Positions 20,676-30,355 of a DNA stretch of 61,853 nt are shown here, piece after piece; position 1 is the first letter of the stretch, and the number at the start of each line of letters is the position of its first letter. The notes beneath the pieces are model-generated. The model ran no database searches and was not told the DNA's origin. It saw only the letters and a list, made by a program, of their open reading frames with translations. Position numbers and translations under genes: made by a program. Location of the stretch: NCBI GenBank assembly GCA_964430475.1, contig CAYSEQ010000005.1, positions 1 to 61,853 of the forward strand, written 5' to 3'. This DNA comes from an uncultured Gammaproteobacteria bacterium. Its GTDB lineage: Bacteria > Patescibacteriota > Microgenomatia > UBA8517.

Positions 20676-21254
20676 TTATTCTGTTAAATCTCCACATTGA
20701 AATATTGGATTGGGAGAAGAGGCATAAATTTCAGATATACCCTTTTCTGCGTCAGAAAATTGGAAAAAGACATAATCATTAATCTCTTCAGCAGGTATCT
20801 TGATAAATTCAGAAAATTCCTGTGTTTTTGCTTTACAGGCGCCAATTTTATCTGTCCAGTAAGTCACTTTACTAATGCTAATTTCTTTATTGAGGTTGGT
20901 GATTTGGAAGGTAGCAATCATTCTTCCTTGCTCATTATCAAGTCTATAAGGATCTATCTTTATGGAGATTCCTTGGGAAGTATTCTGTTGTTGGTTGGCC
21001 AAGGGGGTAATTGAGGGGTTAATTGAAGTTTTACATTCTGTAACAGATTTAGCTAACTTATTACTTAACTCGTTATTATTTTTTACAAAGTAAGCTAATA
21101 ATCCTAGTGCCAGAAATAGCGTTATTAAAGACATAACAAATCCTGTCTTCCAATAATTTGGGCGTTGGACCGAGTTAAAAGGTTGGTCTGGTTGATTTTT
21201 AGAAAAAGTAGAAGGGTGTAAGTAATTTTCTTGCATTGCTTCAAGGTATATCAT
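20676..21254 (-). CDS. Single-pass membrane protein, hypothetical
   Basis: TM segment GFVMSLITLFLALGLLAYFV, Gln/Pro stalk, Cys pair. Confidence 0.65.
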   Translation of the reverse strand: MIYLEAMQENYLHPSTFSKNQPDQPFNSVQRPNYWKTGFVMSLITLFLALGLLAYFVKNNNELSNKLAKSVTECKTSINPSITPLANQQQNTSQGISIKIDPYRLDNEQGRMIATFQITNLNKEISISKVTYWTDKIGACKAKTQEFSEFIKIPAEEINDYVFFQFSDAEKGISEIYASSPNPIFQCGDLTE

Positions 21255-21285
21255 TTTAATATATCATTTTTAAGTTAAGTATTAA

Positions 21286-21995
21286 AATACGATCCGATAC
21301 CTAAAATTGCAAGGTTAAAATATCCTGTTACCCTTTTTATTTTTTGCGATTTCTGACAAGTACTCTTATCTGTTCCTAGAAATAGTGCCATAATATAGCT
21401 TTGACTGTAAGAGAACTAGGTATTCTTGGAAATACTGTTTAGCGCTGAATTGAAAGAGGAAGAACTACCTATGATTATCTGAAATGGAAGGGAATAGAAA
21501 GAAAATCTACTAAACCAAAAACTATCCATCGAATTTTAAAACCTCAAGAAGAAGATGTGGTTAACCCAAAGAAAGGACTGGATTTAATACTCCTTAGGTT
21601 AGCTTGGTGATTAAGAATAAAAAAGATTGGTATTTCTACCTCTAACTCTACTTACCGGATTAATAAGAAAATAAAAACCAAGAAAACTCGAAAAACCTAC
21701 ATGTGCCAACGTAAAACACCTGACAGGTGGTTTTAATTCTTCAGGCCTTAAGTCCTTCTCGGTCAACTCTAAAACATACATTGAATCTTCAACAATTCCA
21801 ACTAAGACGCTAACTCCCAAAGCCTGTAGTGCCATTTGTTCCCTCCCTCTTTTGTGAATCGCAACATGTTTTCAACCGCGAGAATATCAAATATCCTATA
21901 ATACCAAAAGAGCCCATGAGTCTTTAGGTTTTAAATCACCCTTAGACTATCTTTTAGAGAAAGGAGGAATGTCTAAAAAGTACCGAGATTGTACA
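21286..21995 (+). mobile_element. Degenerate, internally deleted IS481-family element
   Basis: HTH remnant NIALTVRELGILGNTV*R*IERG...KSTKPKTIHR (about 21390-21530); integrase-core tail YNTKRAHESLGFKSP (21897 onward); right end ...TGTACA at 21995; imperfect left IR near 21286-21304. Confidence 0.7.
21692..21730. repeat. 39-bp dispersed repeat, copy A, with palindrome CACCT-GAC-AGGTG
   Basis: 34/39 identical to 44058-44096. Confidence 0.75.
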
Positions 21996-22000
21996 AGAAC

Positions 22001-22029
22001 TTGATCTTAATAGAATGTTTTCATATAAT
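22001..22029 (+). promoter_or_regulatory. Sigma70 promoter
   Basis: TTGATC (22001-22006), 17 nt, TATAAT (22024-22029); ATG at 22040. Confidence 0.6.
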
Positions 22030-22115
22030 ACTCATCCATATGCAGATTGAGAGAAGACTAGATAAGTCAAGCTGTTGAGGCAGCGGAGTTTGCCAGAAAG
22101 AACGGTCGGGTCATT

Positions 22116-22928
22116 ATGGCGGCCGAACTAGCAGCAATAGGATTGGGCCTTACAAGCTTGCCCTTAACCGATGAAGAAGTGTCTCAACTAGCTCACGACC
22201 CGGAACAAAGAGCTATTTTAGCTTGTTTGGCTAGAATCCATGTTGATGCTCTTAAAACAGTGGCCAATCAAGCCAAATTGCCCTCCCGAGCCTTGCCCCC
22301 TTTAGAGGAAGCTACTAAAACAATTGTGACTGTTTACAGAAGTAAGACATTAAGAGAAGAGTTAAGGGGAGTTGTCCAAGACCATAAGGGACGAAGGCAT
22401 GATTTTCTTCCGGAAATGGCTCGTGATGAGGCCAAAACACTATTTGCAGCTTCTGTGTTGTATTATGGCACAGGAGGGGCCAAAAGCCTTATTCTACAAG
22501 GAGAGAGGATCTTATCTTCCACTTATGATTCTTTACCCAACGATCACCCCACTAAGCCTTTGATAGGAGTTGAGTTGCAACTCAGTAGAGCTGGTCGTGG
22601 TGAACGCCTTGACAAAGCTTCTTCGTTAGGTAATTTTAATAGTTTGGTTGATTCAGATATAGAGACAAATCCTCATAGAGTAGCAACAGTTGCCTCTTGG
22701 TTGGTGGCTTGGGGAGAAAGAATCGGCGACGAAGATGTTCGTGGAAGAGGCCTAGAAGTTTTCTCTAGAATCATTCAACAGCATAGGGAATGGCAATTTA
22801 TGATTGATAGCGAGAGACGAAAAATAGGCCGACAAAAAGAAAGAGAATTATTTTTTAGATTATTAACGCCAATAACAACAAACCCCGCGAGAAGAGAGAA
22901 ACTTAAGAACAGACTTATAGGTAAATAA
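22116..22928 (+). CDS. Hypothetical helical protein; may start at 22040 with a frameshift or stop near 22060
   Basis: 270-aa ORF; frame open upstream to TAG 22059-22061; promoter-proximal ATG 22040 lies in another frame. Confidence 0.65.
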   Translation: MAAELAAIGLGLTSLPLTDEEVSQLAHDPEQRAILACLARIHVDALKTVANQAKLPSRALPPLEEATKTIVTVYRSKTLREELRGVVQDHKGRRHDFLPEMARDEAKTLFAASVLYYGTGGAKSLILQGERILSSTYDSLPNDHPTKPLIGVELQLSRAGRGERLDKASSLGNFNSLVDSDIETNPHRVATVASWLVAWGERIGDEDVRGRGLEVFSRIIQQHREWQFMIDSERRKIGRQKERELFFRLLTPITTNPARREKLKNRLIGK

Positions 22929-23002
22929 GGAACAAAGGTTTAGAACTTGATATACCTTAAATAAAGGTAATTGGTGAAGAAAATTGCCCTTAGATTTCTT
23001 AC

Positions 23003-24010
23003 CTAATCTGTACGAAAGCCTAATCTTAATGCACCATAATTCGATAGTAATTCAGGATTATAAGTATAATATTCCCTTATCTTTTGTAGAGCGGTTTCAA
23101 ATTGTTTATCTAAAAGATTTTGAATGAGTTCCCTTCTAATTTTTACCCTTTCACTCTCACTTAAATTAGACCACCTGATGAAAATAATAGTGCCGATTAT
23201 TTTATCTACATTTTCTTCGTTCCCTGGGTACTCTTTTTCCAAGATTTTTTGTTCTTCCCTTCGCAGTTTCATCAATGCTCCTGTAAAATGGGATATCTTT
23301 CCGACTATTTTTGCAAAATAAGAATCTGCAGGAAAAACTCTTGTTTCTAATTGATAAGAAAATTGGGTTATAAAGTCAGAAATAAACATTGTTAATCTTT
23401 TTCCCAAAACATGCCTGGCTAGTTTTAAGGTTATAAGTGAGAATTCAGGTGAGTTTGGGTCTAAACCCACCTCTTTTAAGACATCCTTCAATAGGATTCT
23501 GGTTATCGTAATCTCAATAGTGTCAATTTTGTTCCTACGGTTTCCGACATTTGAAGCAAACCTGCCTATGATAATGCTTAAGTCATAAGGGCGAGAGTGA
23601 GAAATTGCCGCATCTCGGAAACTTTCTATGAATTTTTCAGCTTTTCGCCATCCTCTAAAAAAATGGCTTTGTATGGCGGGCTCAAATCTTTGATCTGAAA
23701 AAACATTCCAGACAGAATTCTCTGATAGAAACTTCCAATAATCTTCTTTTGCTAGTTTTGATAGTTCCCTAGTTTTATGAGGATTACTCTCAGAACGGGA
23801 GTTTTGATAAATATCTGCTATTTTCTCTTTTAATGATTGAAGTCCTTGCTGAGCAATTGGTCGATCAAGATGTTGAGCAATAAGAGTTAGAAATTGTCTT
23901 TCTCTTTCGGCTAGAGGCAGGGTAGGTAATTTTCTAATAAATTCTTTTGTCCTTTGGTTAAGTGTGTGGAAGTTTGAATAGTCTTGTGGTAGTTCTCGCA
24001 TCCTTTCCAT
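23003..24010 (-). CDS. Hypothetical helical protein, start MERMREL at 24010
   Basis: Long ORF; the extension to 24097 in the ORF track runs into the IS; promoter TTGACT-16-TAGTCT ends 8 nt before ATG 24010. Confidence 0.7.
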   Translation of the reverse strand: MERMRELPQDYSNFHTLNQRTKEFIRKLPTLPLAERERQFLTLIAQHLDRPIAQQGLQSLKEKIADIYQNSRSESNPHKTRELSKLAKEDYWKFLSENSVWNVFSDQRFEPAIQSHFFRGWRKAEKFIESFRDAAISHSRPYDLSIIIGRFASNVGNRRNKIDTIEITITRILLKDVLKEVGLDPNSPEFSLITLKLARHVLGKRLTMFISDFITQFSYQLETRVFPADSYFAKIVGKISHFTGALMKLRREEQKILEKEYPGNEENVDKIIGTIIFIRWSNLSESERVKIRRELIQNLLDKQFETALQKIREYYTYNPELLSNYGALRLGFRTD

Positions 24011-24051
24011 ATAGTCTAAGACTAAGATTGTACTACAGGAAGTCAATTTTT

Positions 24052-24735
24052 TGCACTGGCAGGGGTCATCGGTAACACTTGAGAGTAGTACTGGCAAGCA
24101 TACTCGATTGGTGTTTGGTAATCAAGAGAGTGGTGGGGTCTTCTGAAATTGTATTCGATCAGCCAGCCAGTCAGATCTTGATTAGCCTCTGAGATTTCGT
24201 CTAGGCCAAATTCAGACAGTTCTAACCACTCATCCTGTAGAGTCCGGTTAAATCTTTCTAAAGCAGGATTGTTTTTAGGTGTTTTGACCCGATTGTAGAC
24301 TTGTTTAATGCCCAGCTGTAAACATGCCTTTTCGAACTCTCCGGCAAACTCAGAGCCATTATCCGAGTGGATAATTCTAATCTGGCTTTGGGAAAGATAA
24401 ACCAGTCTTTGTAAGAAGTCTTTGACTTGTCGGGAGGAGGCTGATTGATAAACCCTGGCGTACCCCAACTTGGTTCTGTTTTCAGTGGCAGTAAAGATGA
24501 TTCTTCTTTGCCCGTACCACCAGAGGATAATGCTATCGGTATGCCAGAGCTTGCCAGACTGTGGATTAAAGCCGGCTTTCTTTAACTGCTGGATTCTAAT
24601 TTTAGGTTTGGTTTGTTTCCACCTCCTTCTCCTCCTGAGCTTCTCTTACTGCTCTTCTGGATTAGGATAGAGATGGTGCTTTCTGATGACTTTCTCGATC
24701 TTCCAAGTTGAAATTGACTCTTGATACTCTTTTCA
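24052..24735 (-). mobile_element. 5'-truncated IS481-family transposase pseudogene
   Basis: ISTWKIEKVIRKH...WHTDSI...IHSDNGSEF...ALERFNRTLQDEW...YNFRRPHHSL (DDE core); in-frame TAA at 24646-24648; ORF ends at TGA 24043. Confidence 0.85.
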
Positions 24736-24974
24736 TTCTGCCAGTCCACTGAGACGGAGATATCCTCGCTATCCATCGAGATTGAGGTAACTGGAGTTAC
24801 GGAAAGAGCCTGAGACACTGGTTGTTGCGATGACTGAGTACGAAGTGGAAGAAGTTGATATTGGGTAAATAGAGTTCTAAGAACAAGCACAAAGGCTACC
24901 AGTAACATAACGCCAGACAGGGAAATTACAAAGCGGATAATACTTTTTGGACTTGGATGAGCTTTCTTAGTCAT
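24582..24974 (-). pseudogene. Membrane-protein 5' part fused to IS-derived sequence
   Basis: TM segment FVISLSGVMLLVAFVLVL and Ser/Thr stalk; sequence below about 24735 is an alternative frame of the transposase. Confidence 0.5.
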
Positions 24975-25154
24975 GGTGTTGTCTTTTTTATTATGAGTTA
25001 ATCCTTCGTGTTGGTCTATACCTCCAAAATGCTACAAACCTTTTAGAATGTTCTCTATGGAAGGTGTAAAGAAATACCCTGAAGATGGTAGGAGGAGGTA
25101 GAGTATATTTTAAGGTTTATTGATAAATTAAGCCTTGTGAGAGTTTCAAGAAAG

Positions 25155-25895
25155 TTAAGGATTGACATTAACAAACCTAAAATTTGAAAGAATTAAGTCG
25201 AGATTAGATTTTGCTAGATTTTTATCAGCTAAAGGATAATCATAGCTTATATGTATCTGCGTTTTGATAGGGTAAATATCTTCATTCTCGATGGGAATTA
25301 AGACAAAGGTATTGCCAAGGTTAGCGTATTTCTCGGGCTCATCGCAGGCTTCCGACCCTCCAACACCATCTGCTGTCTCAGCCTTTCTACCTGCTACATT
25401 GATCTCTTTTCTCTCCCCGTATTTGTAACAGTAACCAAAACCAGTCACACGCCAAACTGAAATAGTAATATTATGCCCATTTGCTATATTGGAAAAAGAC
25501 ACTGTGTCATCTTGTCCTTGGGTTTTATTTATTTGCCAATTCTTGGGATATTTAAAGCTAAACTGATATTTTTCATTACTATATGTGTTAAAACCTTCGG
25601 CCTGAGTTGTTGAAGGTAGTGGTATTTCTTCAGGCTGGTGAGGAAGATTTTTAATTTGCAGAGTATCAATCTGTTTCTTCAATCCATAATACTTATAGGC
25701 GAATACGCTTGTAGTCCCAATTAGAAGGATAATCAAAAATACTAATAACCACGTGATGATGGACTTAGTTGCGTCCAATTTTTGAGAATTTGATACTTCG
25801 GTTGAGTTTGGAATATTAATTTGCTGGGAAGAAGATTCTAACCTATGTTCCGGGTAAGAAGATTGATCTGTGTTCATTTTGTCGTATAACACCAT
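25155..25895 (-). CDS. Single-pass surface protein with PsbP-like C-terminal domain
   Basis: TM IITWLLVFLIILLIGTTSVFAYKYY; TYSNEKYQFSFKYPKNW; Cys pair; ends LDLILSNFRF. Confidence 0.75.
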   Translation of the reverse strand: MVLYDKMNTDQSSYPEHRLESSSQQINIPNSTEVSNSQKLDATKSIITWLLVFLIILLIGTTSVFAYKYYGLKKQIDTLQIKNLPHQPEEIPLPSTTQAEGFNTYSNEKYQFSFKYPKNWQINKTQGQDDTVSFSNIANGHNITISVWRVTGFGYCYKYGERKEINVAGRKAETADGVGGSEACDEPEKYANLGNTFVLIPIENEDIYPIKTQIHISYDYPLADKNLAKSNLDLILSNFRFVNVNP

Positions 25896-25933
25896 CGCAA
25901 TATTAAGCCTTTCTAGGCTTTAGCGATTAAAAG

Positions 25934-26230
25934 TTAATGTCTATCTGGTTCGGATATATTTAAGTTGAGTCCTTTTTTCGGCGTGGTGTAAGTAAATGGT
26001 GTTTTAAGATTGCTTTCAACCTTTTCTTCTTTTACTACTACTTCTTCCTGGTCTATACCGTTTATTTCTTCAACTGTTTTCAAAGTACTTTCGGATTCAG
26101 CCAAGGTCTTTTCGTAATTTTTATTATTTGTTGAAATAAGATATACGCCAACAACAATTCCCAAAGTTAAAGTAGCAGTCATAAACCCCACTAAGAACAT
26201 TTTTAGATTATCAAGGTTAGTATTAAACAT
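25934..26230 (-). CDS. Small single-pass membrane protein
   Basis: One TM segment; 2 nt downstream of the 414-aa gene, so likely co-transcribed. Confidence 0.6.
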   Translation of the reverse strand: MFNTNLDNLKMFLVGFMTATLTLGIVVGVYLISTNNKNYEKTLAESESTLKTVEEINGIDQEEVVVKEEKVESNLKTPFTYTTPKKGLNLNISEPDRH

Positions 26231-26232
26231 TT

Positions 26233-27477
26233 TTAGTTAGGTATAGTTACCCCATTTCCATTATATGTTTTTTGTACAGCATTTCCAGGGAATTGTATAT
26301 ATCTTGCAGCTGAGCTTATATATTGTTCTAAACATTTATTTTGATAAGTTTTGCCATCTTTTCCTATAGTGGTTGCAGAGGGTTGGCATCTGGGATCACT
26401 CGGCCCTGAGACTATTTCGCCAAATTGTGTTGCCCAAAAAACTCTGTCTTTAGGAGGATTTCCTCGGTTGGGATCCACAGATCCCGGGGCGCTATACCAA
26501 GCAAGTTCAAGTCTTCTTGTTAAACCTAAATCGCCTGTTTTTTGCCAAGTAGACTGGTCAAAAACGCCTGTTAAACTATTCGGATCACCTGAAAGCTCTC
26601 TTTCTCTATTATAAAATGTTGTTGAACCACAAATTGTAATGCCAAAGTCAATAGACCAAGGGGCAGTATCTGCATACCATTGCTCGCAGGTTATACCTTG
26701 GTCAAAAGAGGTTTGATCGGTAACCAGAATAATAGGCCTTGTACTTTCGCAAGGAAGAGGTGGATTTCTTCTTAGACACCTGTCGTTTTCGCTTAAGGGA
26801 TTTCCCGAATAGCTCCAACCTTGAAGGTGAGATACATGTGTTGGATCGTTATCGTTGGATGGTCTCATCCAAAGTTGATATGAGTGATAACTTCCAAATC
26901 GTTCTTGAGGATTTGAAGCAAAATGGTAAATAAGATAAATATCCATTCCGTTGAAGGTCACGGAATAACCTTTCATTGATGTATGTTTTATCATATTTTC
27001 AATACCTGATGTACTGTGCATTCCTGAAAACATAGGATTGTATCCTGCGGCGTATATCCAGGATGGGGGAGGATCTCCATGTTCATGACCTGTTGCGCAA
27101 CCATTGACGACCGGAGGGTGCCATTCGTCCATTGATTCGCCACACTTACCAACCATTTGTTCATTAGGATTGGGGGTTGGATTTGGAGAGGAGGTTGGTG
27201 TGACTGAAATTCCAGGTATAGTAGTTGGATTGGTTGTAGGGATGATTGGAGTTGGTGTGGATCTTGTCTTGGCGGTACAGTAGACATTAAGGATGCCTGT
27301 AAAAAGATTTCTGCTTGTACTTATTTTTCCTCCCGAGCACTGAATTCTTAAAATATCGCCAACCTGCATGGAGATGCTATTACTTGCAGCTCTAACTAAG
27401 CTAAATCCAGAAAGTACAAGAAGTGAAGTCAGAAAAATTCCAACTAAAAATTTTTTTTCCCTTATTAAATTTAACAT
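26233..27477 (-). CDS. Secreted protein with Pro/Thr linker and a Cys/His-rich domain of unknown function
   Basis: Signal peptide ending VRA; TPTP-rich linker; CGESMDEWHPPVVNGCATGHEHGDPP. Confidence 0.8.
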   Translation of the reverse strand: MLNLIREKKFLVGIFLTSLLVLSGFSLVRAASNSISMQVGDILRIQCSGGKISTSRNLFTGILNVYCTAKTRSTPTPIIPTTNPTTIPGISVTPTSSPNPTPNPNEQMVGKCGESMDEWHPPVVNGCATGHEHGDPPPSWIYAAGYNPMFSGMHSTSGIENMIKHTSMKGYSVTFNGMDIYLIYHFASNPQERFGSYHSYQLWMRPSNDNDPTHVSHLQGWSYSGNPLSENDRCLRRNPPLPCESTRPIILVTDQTSFDQGITCEQWYADTAPWSIDFGITICGSTTFYNRERELSGDPNSLTGVFDQSTWQKTGDLGLTRRLELAWYSAPGSVDPNRGNPPKDRVFWATQFGEIVSGPSDPRCQPSATTIGKDGKTYQNKCLEQYISSAARYIQFPGNAVQKTYNGNGVTIPN

Positions 27478-27483
27478 TTATTA

Positions 27484-27512
27484 AGTATTTCAGAAGTTTT
27501 TATTCTTGTCAA
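27484..27512 (-). promoter_or_regulatory. Possible promoter giving a near-leaderless mRNA
   Basis: TTGACA (27512-27507), 17 nt, AATACT (weak -10), ATG 6 nt later at 27477. Confidence 0.45.
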
Positions 27513-27520
27513 GGGCTTTA

Positions 27521-28739
27521 TGTCCGGTGTTCAGGACATACTATACACTTTTTAAGGTTTGATTATTCTGTATATGCCTCCAAGATACTAGAACTTCTTG
27601 ACATTGATCCTCAAAAGATAGATTTTAGTAAGTATGAAAAGTACCACCCATATGAAGATTGACTACAAAGCTTTAAGAAAGATTAATCCTGAAGCAGCCA
27701 GAATGGTTGTTTTAGAGTATCTAAAAGCCTATGGAGGTAATATAGCTGATTGTGCCAGGGTCCTTTGGTATCCAAAGAGTGGTTGTCTATGATATCTTAA
27801 GGAAAGAAAAAGAGGGAGATCTAAAGGACAGGTCTAAAGCTCCCAAAAGATCTCCTAACAAAACACCAGATGAGGTTGAGGACAAGGCCATTGAGATGAA
27901 AAACAAAACCAGGTATGGTCCTCAAAGGTTATCAATCCACCTTAAAAGAGATATTACTTTCTTCATGTTGCTCCAGGAACAATCAGGCATATCCTAAGGA
28001 GAAACAAGCATAGATTAACTTACAAACTCAAGACAAGGGATGGGAAGATTACTAAAAGAGAATTTGTGGACTGGTACTCATCAAAACCGTTTGAGATAGT
28101 CCAGATTGATATTAAATTCATCAGAGATCAGAAAGCCTTAACTCTATCTCAAATACTACATCTGGACAAATATGCCATACCCAACTACCAGTGGAGCGCA
28201 GAAGATGTTAACTCCAGATTCAAGCTGATTGCCTATGCTAGAGAAAAAACCTGAACTAATGGACTGTGTTTTTATCTATGGGTAATCTCCTACCTAAGAA
28301 GTCATGGAGTAAAATCAGAGATAATCTTCACAGTTGACCATGGAGAAGAACTAGGAGGAAAATCCTGGATGAAGCTAACTGAGCTTAGAAAGCTAATATC
28401 AGGCTTTGGTTGTAGGCTAATCCAGAATCACAAAGGTCATCCTGAGGAGAATGCTCATTTAGAAAGATCCCACAGAACAGATGATGATGAGTTTTACATA
28501 TTCCGAGTATTCAAGATTAAATCAGAGGAAGATTTACTCAGTGAAGCTTTAAAATACCTCTACTACTACAACTTTTTAAGAGAACATTCATCCCTTAATT
28601 ACAAAACTCCCTACCAACACCTAAAAGAAACAATGCCTGATATTGATGACTCCATCAGATTTGTTATTCCATTTATCTTAGATGATGTATCTACTACCTT
28701 AGGTTCTTGGGGTGGATATCATCTCCTGGCTCAGAACCA
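27521..28739 (+). mobile_element. Full-length but inactivated IS481-family element (transposase 27652-28752)
   Basis: MKIDYKALRKINPEAAR HTH...VQIDIK...TVDHGEE...AHLERSHRTDDDEFY...YNFLREHSSL; two frameshifts (about 27752 and 27960) and TGA at 28252; imperfect terminal IRs (12/24); hairpin TATGTCC/GGACATA at 27519-27540. Confidence 0.85.
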
Positions 28740-28810
28740 AAGATTGGATTAGTTAATATCTACACGGTAGAAAAATATTTAACAGGCGAGGAATATCATT
28801 TTATGAGTAA

Positions 28811-29137
28811 AATTCTTTATTTGGAATTTTTCCTTACAGGCAACCATTAAATCAAGATGAAGTTTTTCAAGGCTCAGGAACTCTACCCAACTTTATTTAT
28901 GCAGGAAAAGCGTGTATTGCTTTAGACGAAGGCTGTATGGCTGAATATATAGGTGATGCTGGAATTGTAACAAATAATGATCCTAGGGAACTTGGAGGAG
29001 CAATAAATCAGCTATTGTTAGATGAAATAAGAATTAAATTTGAAAACAAAGTGGTAGAAAGAGTAAATTTATTTTCTATTGAACACCACGCGAAAGAATG
29101 TTTGAACTATTTTAACTTATTGCTTGGGAGTAAATGA
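28811..29137 (+). pseudogene. C-terminal remnant of a GT4 glycosyltransferase
   Basis: IFPY...GSGTL...AGKACIALDEGCMAEYIGDAG...DPRELGGAINQLL; no 5' part; lies just beyond the IS right end. Confidence 0.65.
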
Positions 29138-29623
29138 ATCCACTATTCTCCAGTTATTATCTCCTTGTTTGTAGTCATATCTAATTATTTGTGTTTCTCC
29201 ATAACTATTAAAATAATTCTTTGCTTCATCAAAGGTTATGTTTAAAAATGATTGGAGGATACTTTTGTTAATGCTTGAATGCGCAACAATCATTACAGTG
29301 TCGTATAAATCATAAAATGAAAAAATTTTAGGCATGACTCTTGTAATTCCCATTGTTGTGCTTTCTGCATCTGTTTTATCTGTTCTTGTGTAATATTCGT
29401 TAAATGAAGCAGAGGGTATTATCTTACTAGCGTTCGGATTAGCTCTTTCAGCAGTTTGTATAGTTCTTTTGTAAAGACTTGTAAAAATTATTTCTGGTAA
29501 GATACTTTTACTTTTTAGAAATTCCTTAATTTCACCAGCTTGAGTTTTACCATTTTCTGTAATCTTTCCATCTGGCTGCTCTTTAAAGTTTTCGGTATGT
29601 CTAACAAGAATCAATGTTTTCAT
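29117..29623 (-). CDS. Histidine phosphatase (phosphoglycerate mutase) family protein
   Basis: LILVRH, FTSLYKRTIQTA, FNE, IVAHS. Confidence 0.85.
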   Translation of the reverse strand: MKTLILVRHTENFKEQPDGKITENGKTQAGEIKEFLKSKSILPEIIFTSLYKRTIQTAERANPNASKIIPSASFNEYYTRTDKTDAESTTMGITRVMPKIFSFYDLYDTVMIVAHSSINKSILQSFLNITFDEAKNYFNSYGETQIIRYDYKQGDNNWRIVDSFTPKQ

Positions 29624-30202
29624 AAACTTTTCAATGATACCACCGTTTTACTTATTCCAGAAGGACTAAAGCCACCTTGCAATTCAAAGAATTGAACGCC
29701 ATCCTGGATAAGTAAATTAAATAATATTTCTGAACCACATTCATAATTAGGAGTGTCAGCATCCCTTCCTAATAGTTGATCTTGTTCTAATAGGCCAATT
29801 GGTGTTTTGGACATTTGTCTCATTCTTCGATAAAAAAACAGACTGCCTAAACATTTTTAGTGCCTCCTCGTCTTCTAATTTTCTCACCGAATTTCCTTTT
29901 GTAGTAGATTCCATATTTAAGAATACCCATTTACTCACTCTTCTTGGAGTACCAGCTATAATGCCAGCTCTATATAGCCCCACAGGCGATGTGGTTCGGG
30001 TTACTGAGCCAGTCTCATTGTTTGTTTCAGTCCATTCTTCGAATCCAAGTTTTTTATCTCTAAAGATGGTATCTAAAGTAATTTGTCTGATTAAAACTTC
30101 GTTTGGAAAGGGAAGTATGATAACTTTTCCGTCTTTTATGCCCAATATAATTTCATCATTAGAATAAAAGTTAAAATTTGGATTTTGATATAATTTCTTC
30201 AT
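29620..30202 (-). pseudogene. Hypothetical protein of about 194 aa split by a frameshift at the T7 tract (A7 at 29832-29838)
   Basis: Removing one T joins RQSV-FYRRMRQMSK; the downstream frame stops in an ATGA overlap with the phosphatase start. Confidence 0.55.
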
Positions 30203-30355
30203 GTGTCTTTCTGTAGGGATAGAAAAGCTATTTCACAACCTTAGACTTCAAATTTAGCTTCATACTTCCAAACAAATGGAAGGTAGACTTTATTTTGTAA
30301 CTATTTTGTTCAAAAGGTTGTACAATTGTGGTGATATAAGCTGAAGTGTAGAGGT

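Noticed and set aside
21611-21835. 74-aa minus-strand ORF inside the first IS remnant
   Set aside because: Lies within rearranged IS/repeat DNA and spans the palindromic repeat; no family motif
3821-28254. In-frame TGA codons (3821, about 21440, 28252) as recoded Gly/Trp (code 25 or 4)
   Set aside because: TGA terminates intact conserved genes (rpsR, dnaB), and the same pseudogenes also contain TAA/TAG stops or frameshifts
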